A stretch of 32,000 bases of DNA, taken from positions 210,001 to 242,000 of the forward strand of contig NZ_QLIR01000002.1 of assembly GCF_003428155.1 (NCBI RefSeq), in the 5' to 3' direction. Source of the stretch: Fastidiosibacter lacustris. GTDB lineage: Bacteria; Pseudomonadota; Gammaproteobacteria; Francisellales; Francisellaceae. Numbering within the stretch: position 1 is the stretch's first letter; every line of letters begins with the position of its first letter. Position numbers and translations under genes: made by a program. Under the pieces are notes generated by a model, which saw only the letters and a program-made list of their open reading frames with translations, searched no databases and had not been told where the DNA came from. Of the stretch, positions 26,499-32,000 are shown piece by piece.

Positions 26499-26909
26499 AC
26501 CAAATAATTCAATGGTGTGTTGACTAATAGCAAACGCACTTTTTTGTGCGAGTTTTTGTAATGTTTGATCTAGTTGTTCATCGTGTTGTTCGATCTTTGT
26601 GCCACAGTTTTTGCAGATAAATAGCTGGCAAATGTGTTTTTCTGGATGACAACAAATCGTATAGCAATTGGTTGTATGGATGCGATGAATCAATTCATTT
26701 TGACACAAAAAATCTAAGACGCGATAGATAGACATGATGTTGTAATTTTTATCCTTGCTTTGCTCGTTTAATTTAGCAAGCAACTCATAAGCTGTAATCG
26801 GTTGGTTTTGTTCAGATAAAAGAAGAATGATGAGCTTACGTAAACTTGTAAGCTTGATGCTGTGCTTTAAGCAATGGCTTTCTATGTGTGCAACAACGTT
26901 ATTCATCAT
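26466..26909 (-). CDS. zur: Fur-family metalloregulator, probable Zur
   Basis: The ORF is 147 aa from the ATG at 26909, which lies immediately after the znuB stop. It has a winged-helix N-terminal domain (LTSLRKLIILLLSEQNQPITAYELL) and paired Cys motifs (CKNCG ... CHKC). It is the last gene of a metal-uptake operon that carries a Zur-type operator. Confidence 0.7.
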   Translation of the reverse strand: MMNNVVAHIESHCLKHSIKLTSLRKLIILLLSEQNQPITAYELLAKLNEQSKDKNYNIMSIYRVLDFLCQNELIHRIHTTNCYTICCHPEKHICQLFICKNCGTKIEQHDEQLDQTLQKLAQKSAFAISQHTIELFGLCHKCLSFAI

Positions 26910-26911
26910 TT

Positions 26912-27706
26912 TTACTGCCACATTAGGTTTTTGATAAGACCGATTATATAAATCAAACAAATAATCATAGTAATACAAAAGCTGGCAGGAAGGTTAACAT
27001 AAAATGCTAAACATAACGCCCCCCAAACGCTAATAAGCGAGATCATAATACTTAGAAGCATGCTTTTATAAAATCCATCGCTCCATTGAAAGGCGCTAGC
27101 AGCTGGTCCAATAAGAAGAGTAAATACTAAAAGTGCGCCAACAATTTGGCATGCCATTGTGACTGTGAGTGCCAAAATAATGAAAAAAATCATCGACAGT
27201 AATCTGCTTGGAATGTTTTTAGATTGGGCAATAATAGGATCAATTGAGCAAAAAAAGAGTGATCTGGCAACAATAGATAATGCACATATAATTATGATGG
27301 CCATAATTAGTAGTATGATAATCTGTCTATAAGAAACCGTTAGAATATTTCCAAACAAAATTGACATAATCGAGCCAGAGTAACCAGTTTGATATAGATA
27401 GAGAAAATAAGCACCTAAACCTAAGAAAAAGGTGAGAACGATTCCAATGGCAAGGTCATTTTTTTTAATTTTGTCTCCCATAAAGCCCATGAAAATTGCC
27501 GCAATCATGTTTGCAATGAGCTGACCATTCATGGCAGAGACTCCAATTAACACAGCACCAGAGGCACCGGTAAGGCTGATGTGACCTAAGCCGTGTGCAG
27601 CAAAAGCAGCTTTACGTAACACGACAAAAAAACTTACGATTCCACAGATAATAGCAATGAGGGTACCTGCAATAAAGGCATTTTGCATGAAACTATAAAA
27701 TAACAC
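26912..27706 (-). CDS. znuB: Metal (Zn/Mn-family) ABC transporter permease
   Basis: The ORF is a 264-aa ABC-3 family polytopic membrane protein. It overlaps the ATPase gene by 14 nt. Confidence 0.8.
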   Translation of the reverse strand: MLFYSFMQNAFIAGTLIAIICGIVSFFVVLRKAAFAAHGLGHISLTGASGAVLIGVSAMNGQLIANMIAAIFMGFMGDKIKKNDLAIGIVLTFFLGLGAYFLYLYQTGYSGSIMSILFGNILTVSYRQIIILLIMAIIIICALSIVARSLFFCSIDPIIAQSKNIPSRLLSMIFFIILALTVTMACQIVGALLVFTLLIGPAASAFQWSDGFYKSMLLSIMISLISVWGALCLAFYVNLPASFCITMIICLIYIIGLIKNLMWQ

Positions 27707-28403
27707 TTTTATCCTCCGTCAAACAGGGTAATTGTGGGCATAAATGGACGTGACCATTTTTAAAATGAATAAAATTATCCAACTCGTGCGCAATTTCGTG
27801 CATATCATGTGAAATTATCAATAAAGTAATATTTTGTGATCGATGAATTTTCTTGAGCGCATCGATAAAATCATGTTTGGCTTGCGGATCAAGGTCAGCT
27901 AAAGGCTCATCTAATAAAAGTAATTTGGGACTGTTAACTAATGCTTGTATGAGGTAGATGCGTTTTTTTTGACCGCCAGATAGAGTTTCAAAAGCTTGAT
28001 TTGCATAGCTTGATGCGCCAACGATCTCAAACAACTGATCAAGCATTTTATTGAATTTTTGACCAAAAAAAGGCATGCCGAATTTATTGGATTTAAAACT
28101 TGCTTTTACAAGCGTTTTACCAGAAATATGCTGGCTTAGATTAAGCTCACGTTCCTGTGGGATATAGCTGATTAAATCGTTACAAATCCCCACGGGTTTA
28201 TCAAATACTGTTAATTGTCCAGAGATAGGTGGTTGGATTCCTAAAATGCTTTTTAAAAAAGTGGATTTTCCGATACCATTTTCACCAACAACTCCTAACC
28301 ATTGATTTTGGTAAAGACTAAGGTTGATTGGTTTGGATAATTGGTGTTTACCATGCCCAAGCACAAGGTTATGGCATCGTATGATAGTTTGTTGCATATT
28401 CAT
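27693..28403 (-). CDS. znuC: Metal (Zn/Mn-family) ABC transporter ATP-binding protein
   Basis: Walker A is GENGIGKST, the signature is LSGGQKKR and Walker B is LLLDEP. I placed the start at ATG 28403 (MNMQQTIIRCHNL) because it gives the usual distance to Walker A. The starts at 28436 and 28397 remain possible. Confidence 0.8.
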   Translation of the reverse strand: MNMQQTIIRCHNLVLGHGKHQLSKPINLSLYQNQWLGVVGENGIGKSTFLKSILGIQPPISGQLTVFDKPVGICNDLISYIPQERELNLSQHISGKTLVKASFKSNKFGMPFFGQKFNKMLDQLFEIVGASSYANQAFETLSGGQKKRIYLIQALVNSPKLLLLDEPLADLDPQAKHDFIDALKKIHRSQNITLLIISHDMHEIAHELDNFIHFKNGHVHLCPQLPCLTEDKSVIL

Positions 28404-28498
28404 TATTTTGCGTTCTGAGTGAAGTATTAGTGTCATTTAATTATTGTATTACTTTTACTTTTGTTGGAATAGCGTCGCTATTTTATAGAGTGTCCTGT

Positions 28499-29383
28499 TT
28501 AATTTTGCTTATTAAAGGCTTTTTCTAGTGCCTTTTGTGTCTCCTCTAAATTTGCGTTAAGCCAAGTAATCACATTGTCATTTTGTGGCATGGTTTCTGA
28601 TATTCCAACTGTTGGGATTTGATTCTCTGTAGCAAGGTTTAGAATGTTGTCGATCACATTATCCTGAACTTGTTGATTGTAGAATAAAACCTTTACTTTT
28701 TTTTGATTGAATAGATTTTGATAGTCAATAAGCATTTTAGGTGTCGGTTCAGCATCATTCATTATTGCCCACTGAAATTTTTCGCCTAACATTTTTAAAC
28801 CAAGTGCTTCTGCCATATAGCCAAAAACAGGCTCAGTTGCGGTAACGGCTGTTCCTGCAAAGTGTCCCTTTATTTCATTTATTTTGGCATAAACCATTTG
28901 ATAACGTTCATCAAATGTTTTCATGTTGAGTTTAAAGGTCTTTTCATACTCTGGTTCTAATTGGCTAAAAACAGTTGTTAATTTTTTAGCTAATGTTGGA
29001 AAGGTATTGGGGTTATACCATAGGTGAGGGTTATCACCACTTTTGGCGTTCATAAGAGCAGCAACATCAATAATTGTAATGTTATTATTACTTTGTGCAT
29101 TTAATAATTGTTTTATCCAGGGATCATAATCGGCACCATTGTAAATTACAACTTGTGCGTTATTTATAGCAATCGCAGTTTGAGTTGAAGTAGTGAAAAG
29201 ATGTGGGTCAGCATCAGGGTTGTTAATGATGCTAGTTGTTGTAACATAGTCTCCACCAATTAAGCTTGCAACGTTTTCGTAGAAGTTTTCTGCTGCTACG
29301 ACTTTAATTTCCGCAGTGGCTTGGTTGTAAAGTAGTATAGTTGTAATGAATATGAAGGTTAAACAAGTCAGTTTTTTGAGCAT
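28499..29383 (-). CDS. znuA: Metal ABC transporter periplasmic solute-binding protein (cluster A-I, ZnuA/TroA-like)
   Basis: The ATG at 29383 has GGAGA 7 nt upstream and gives the signal peptide MLKKLTCLTFIFITTILLYNQATA. Metal-site motifs are DADPHLF, DNPHLWYNP and ATEPVFGYM. The longer track ORF would run through the operator. Confidence 0.8.
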   Translation of the reverse strand: MLKKLTCLTFIFITTILLYNQATAEIKVVAAENFYENVASLIGGDYVTTTSIINNPDADPHLFTTSTQTAIAINNAQVVIYNGADYDPWIKQLLNAQSNNNITIIDVAALMNAKSGDNPHLWYNPNTFPTLAKKLTTVFSQLEPEYEKTFKLNMKTFDERYQMVYAKINEIKGHFAGTAVTATEPVFGYMAEALGLKMLGEKFQWAIMNDAEPTPKMLIDYQNLFNQKKVKVLFYNQQVQDNVIDNILNLATENQIPTVGISETMPQNDNVITWLNANLEETQKALEKAFNKQN

Positions 29384-29406
29384 GATAATTCTCCTGGATA
29401 AAAAGT

Positions 29407-29427
29407 AAATGTTATAATATATCATTT
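29407..29427. promoter_or_regulatory. Zur box (operator) in the znuA promoter
   Basis: AAATGTTATA-A-TATATCATTT is a 10-1-10 inverted repeat with one mismatch. It closely matches the gammaproteobacterial Zur operator core (GAAATGTTATAATATCACA at E. coli znu, as remembered). It lies 24-44 nt upstream of the znuA start and overlaps a -10-like TATAAT/TATTAT. Confidence 0.75.
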
Positions 29428-29650
29428 ATCTTTTTTAGCAAAAAGATTTCATGTTTTTTTTATTATTGTGCTGTGTAATTGCCACACCAGCTAAAACTTC
29501 CTGGATTTAGTTGGTTTTAAATAGAAAGACTGTAATGCAGATAATGTCTAAATGAAATCAGAATTTACACGTTATGTTTTAAGATTAATACTAAGTTGTG
29601 TTACACTTGAACTAATTTAAGTGAAGCTAAAAATAACAGTACCAGTACAG

Positions 29651-30166
29651 ATGGCAAAACTAGAAATATTAAAATACCCACATCCCTTTTTAAAAAAAAG
29701 GGCAAATCCTGTTTCTATAGATAAGATTGATAATTATTTACGTATCACCATTGCCAATATGTTTGAGACAATGTATGAAAATCATGGAGGGGGGTTGGCT
29801 GCAACTCAAGTTGGGCTTAATATGCGTTTATTTATAATGGATGGCTCAGAAAATAAAGATCAGAAATTTGTTGCAATTAATCCTGAGATCATTGAGCGTA
29901 AAGGTGAGATTTATGAAGAAGAGGGATGTTTATCTTTTCCTGGGGTATCAGCAAAAGTCAAGCGTGCAGCATGGATAAAAATGCGTGCATTAAATGAATT
30001 TGGTGAGATGTATGAACTAGAATGTGATGGTTATCATGGACGTTGTATCCAGCATGAAATTGATCATTTAGATGGAATTACCTATTTTGATCATTTATCG
30101 CCATTAAAACGTCAGATGATTGAGAAAAAATATAAGAAACTTATGCAGGAAAATTCAGAAAAATAA
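29651..30166 (+). CDS. def: Peptide deformylase
   Basis: The ORF is 171 aa from the ATG at 29651 (MAKLEILKYPHPFLKK). It has the three Def motifs GGGLAATQVG, EGCLSFPG and QHEIDHLDG. The GTG at 29621 adds a 10-aa extension unlike Def N-termini. Confidence 0.9.
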   Translation: MAKLEILKYPHPFLKKRANPVSIDKIDNYLRITIANMFETMYENHGGGLAATQVGLNMRLFIMDGSENKDQKFVAINPEIIERKGEIYEEEGCLSFPGVSAKVKRAAWIKMRALNEFGEMYELECDGYHGRCIQHEIDHLDGITYFDHLSPLKRQMIEKKYKKLMQENSEK

Positions 30167-30181
30167 AAGGCTTTCAAATAC

Positions 30182-31255
30182 TTATTCGATTACCCCGCCA
30201 CCTAAGCAAACTTCACCATTATAAAATACGACTGATTGACCAGGGGTGATGGCGCGTTGTGGTTTTTCAAATTTAACATGTGTTTTATCCTTTTGAATGT
30301 AAACCGTGCAAGCTTGATCAGCCTGGCGATAGCGTGTTTTAGCTGTGCATGTAAATTCTCGATCAGGTGCTTCTCCTTTTATCCAATCTAGCTTAATTGC
30401 TGTTAAGTTATCTTTGAACAAAAGTGGATGATTATGCCCTTGAACAGCTATAAGCACGTTGTTTTTTAAATCTTTTTTCGCAGCAAACCACGGAATTTCA
30501 GGACGATTTTTAACACCACCTACACCTAAGCCTTGCCGTTGACCAATTGTATAGTACATAAGACCATCATGTTTGCCAATAACAATGCCGTTTTCATCAT
30601 GAATTTCACCTGGTTGTGCTGGCAAATATTGATTCAAGAAAGCTTTGAATTTACGCTCACCAATAAAGCAAATCCCTGTACTATCTTTTTTATTATATGT
30701 GATAAGCCCATGCTTTTTAGCAATAGCACGTACTTTAGGTTTCTCAAGCTCACCAATAGGGAATAGTGTATATTGAAGTTGGTCTTGTCCTAATGTGTAT
30801 AGAAAATAAGATTGATCTTTGTTATGATCTAGTCCTTTTAATAGTTGATGCTCGCCGTTTTCAAGGGTACGTTTACGTGCGTAATGTCCTGTGGCAATAT
30901 ATTCCCCCCCCAATTGTTTGGCATAGTCCAAAAAAGCTTTAAACTTAATCTCTTTGTTGCACAAAATGTCAGGGTTAGGTGTGCGTCCTGCTTTATACTC
31001 TTCTAAGAAATATTCAAAAACATGATCCCAATATTCCGCTGCAAAGTTGATTCTTTGGAATGGTATACCAATGCTTTGGCAAATGCTTTGAGCATCTTTA
31101 ATATCCTCTTTGGCAGAGCAGAATTCATCTGTGTCGTCTTCTTCCCAATTTTTCATAAAAACCCCCGTGACATCAAAGCCTTGTTGTTTTAATAACAAGG
31201 CAGCAACAGAGGAATCTACACCACCAGAAGCACCAACAATTATTTTTTGTGACAT
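30182..31255 (-). CDS. mnmA: tRNA 2-thiouridine(34) synthase MnmA
   Basis: The ORF is 357 aa from the ATG at 31255 ([22 protein letters not shown], a PP-loop SGGxDS), with [11 protein letters not shown] and TGHYAR. The 32-codon upstream extension in the track is Tyr/Phe-rich with no homology logic. Confidence 0.9.
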   Translation of the reverse strand: MSQKIIVGASGGVDSSVAALLLKQQGFDVTGVFMKNWEEDDTDEFCSAKEDIKDAQSICQSIGIPFQRINFAAEYWDHVFEYFLEEYKAGRTPNPDILCNKEIKFKAFLDYAKQLGGEYIATGHYARKRTLENGEHQLLKGLDHNKDQSYFLYTLGQDQLQYTLFPIGELEKPKVRAIAKKHGLITYNKKDSTGICFIGERKFKAFLNQYLPAQPGEIHDENGIVIGKHDGLMYYTIGQRQGLGVGGVKNRPEIPWFAAKKDLKNNVLIAVQGHNHPLLFKDNLTAIKLDWIKGEAPDREFTCTAKTRYRQADQACTVYIQKDKTHVKFEKPQRAITPGQSVVFYNGEVCLGGGVIE

Positions 31256-31482
31256 AGAAATTAAAAAGTAATAATAAAAAAGAGTATGGCTATTGTGCCG
31301 CCATTTATTTGAATTTGCAAATACATAGACAGAAGTGTCATAACTCATCATTAAAAATCACTAGGAACTACTAAGTTTTTAATAAGTAAACCATGGAAAA
31401 ATCATTTTTTTTATGATGAATTATGCTCAATAATCTTTATATAATGGTGTTTCATGGCAGTTTTCCTAAGGTGGTTTATAAA

Positions 31483-32000
31483 ATGGAATATGTGGTGCAC
31501 AAGTTTGGCGGGAGTAGCCTTGCAGATGTTATTAAAATTAAACACGTGATGAGAATTATTGGCACCACAGCACAATCAGTCGTTGTTTCTGCAAGTGGGA
31601 AAACGACCAGCTTATTAAAAAAGGCAATTGAACTTGCTTTAGAGAATAAAAGTAATCATAAGGTGCTTGAGCAGATTAGTGAACATCATATGACACTAAT
31701 CAATGGCTTATGTCCAGATAATAAAAGTGTAATCAAAATTTTTAAAAAGGATATTGAGTATTTAAAACAAATATTGTTGACTATTTGTTTAAGTGGCATT
31801 TGTGGGGATGCTCTGGAATACTTCATTCTTGGGTTTGGTGAGCTGTGGTCAGCACAGATTTTAACAGTAGTATTACAGCAAAATGATATTCAAGCTCAGT
31901 TTGTTGATGCGTCTACCGTTTTATTTATCGATGACCATCAAAAGCCTGTGGTAATTGATTGGCAAAGAAGCCAACAAGCCGTTGATAAACATATTATCGA
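31483..32000 (+). CDS. Aspartate kinase N-terminal part, probably a ThrA/MetL-type aspartokinase-homoserine dehydrogenase (3' end outside the window)
   Basis: My own translation from the ATG at 31483 is open to the window end: MEYVVHKFGGSSLADV...VVVSASGKTTSLLKKA...GFGELWSAQILTVVL. It contains the KFGG(S/T)S and SA.GKTT aspartokinase motifs. This ORF is not in the supplied track because it has no stop in the window. Confidence 0.75.
   Translation, partial: MEYVVHKFGGSSLADVIKIKHVMRIIGTTAQSVVVSASGKTTSLLKKAIELALENKSNHKVLEQISEHHMTLINGLCPDNKSVIKIFKKDIEYLKQILLTICLSGICGDALEYFILGFGELWSAQILTVVLQQNDIQAQFVDASTVLFIDDHQKPVVIDWQRSQQAVDKHII

Noticed and set aside
29384-29425. The track contains longer N-terminal extensions of several ORFs (znuA 29384-29425, zur 26910-26978, def 29621-29650, mnmA 31256-31351, yrdA-like 16753-16794, panE-GNAT 16724-16729).
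   Set aside because: The extensions lack homology logic, being Tyr/Phe/Ile-rich. They run through the Zur operator or the upstream gene. Internal starts give canonical N-termini, signal peptides and SD spacing.
31352-31482. A thr-operon-like leader peptide or attenuator could lie upstream of the aspartokinase gene (mini-ORFs MEKSFFL and MMNYAQ).
   Set aside because: The mini-ORFs contain no Thr or Ile runs, and I see no alternative terminator/antiterminator hairpins followed by a T-tract.
1-32000. I searched for CRISPR arrays, IS elements or transposases, prophage genes and rRNA.
   Set aside because: No direct-repeat/spacer periodicity, transposase-like ORFs, terminal inverted repeats around ORFs, or rRNA-like sequence was seen. 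The only RNA gene I can support is tRNA-Gln.

Overview
This is an AT-rich chromosomal window (mid-30s % GC by eye). Its gene content and order point to a gammaproteobacterium: trmD-rplS, lolB-ispE-tRNA-Gln, an HlyB/HlyD-type T1SS, and a Zur box of the enterobacterial type. The L19 and other housekeeping sequences remind me of Thiotrichales/Francisellaceae-like organisms, but I cannot verify that.

Most of the window is tightly packed housekeeping: trmD, rplS, xerD, dusA, a DUF47/PiT phosphate pair, two MFS transporters, yrdA-like, lolB, ispE, tRNA-Gln(UUG), coaX, folE, truA, ald, a znuA-znuC-znuB-zur operon with a Zur box, def, mnmA and the start of an aspartokinase.

The accessory or unusual content is:
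- A complete Type III restriction-modification module (mod 1427-2938, res 2941-5553) sits between rplS and xerD, behind a 490-nt non-coding leader.
- A ~50-nt sequence element occurs as an inverted pair 18.2 kb apart (878-956 and 19125-19174). Copy A carries an expanded (CAATAT)7 microsatellite.
- An orphan HlyB/HlyD type I secretion pair is present. Its ABC transporter is interrupted by a single in-frame TAA.
- A HAD pyrimidine-5'-nucleotidase-like gene is broken by two frameshifts.
- One 471-codon ORF fuses a ketopantoate-reductase-like domain to a GNAT domain.

I found no CRISPR array, IS element, integrase other than the canonical-looking XerD, prophage genes or rRNA. I could not demonstrate a clearly novel multi-gene system. 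The R-M island with its flanking repeat is the best candidate for accessory biology, and the fusion enzyme and the repeat pair are the least explained items.
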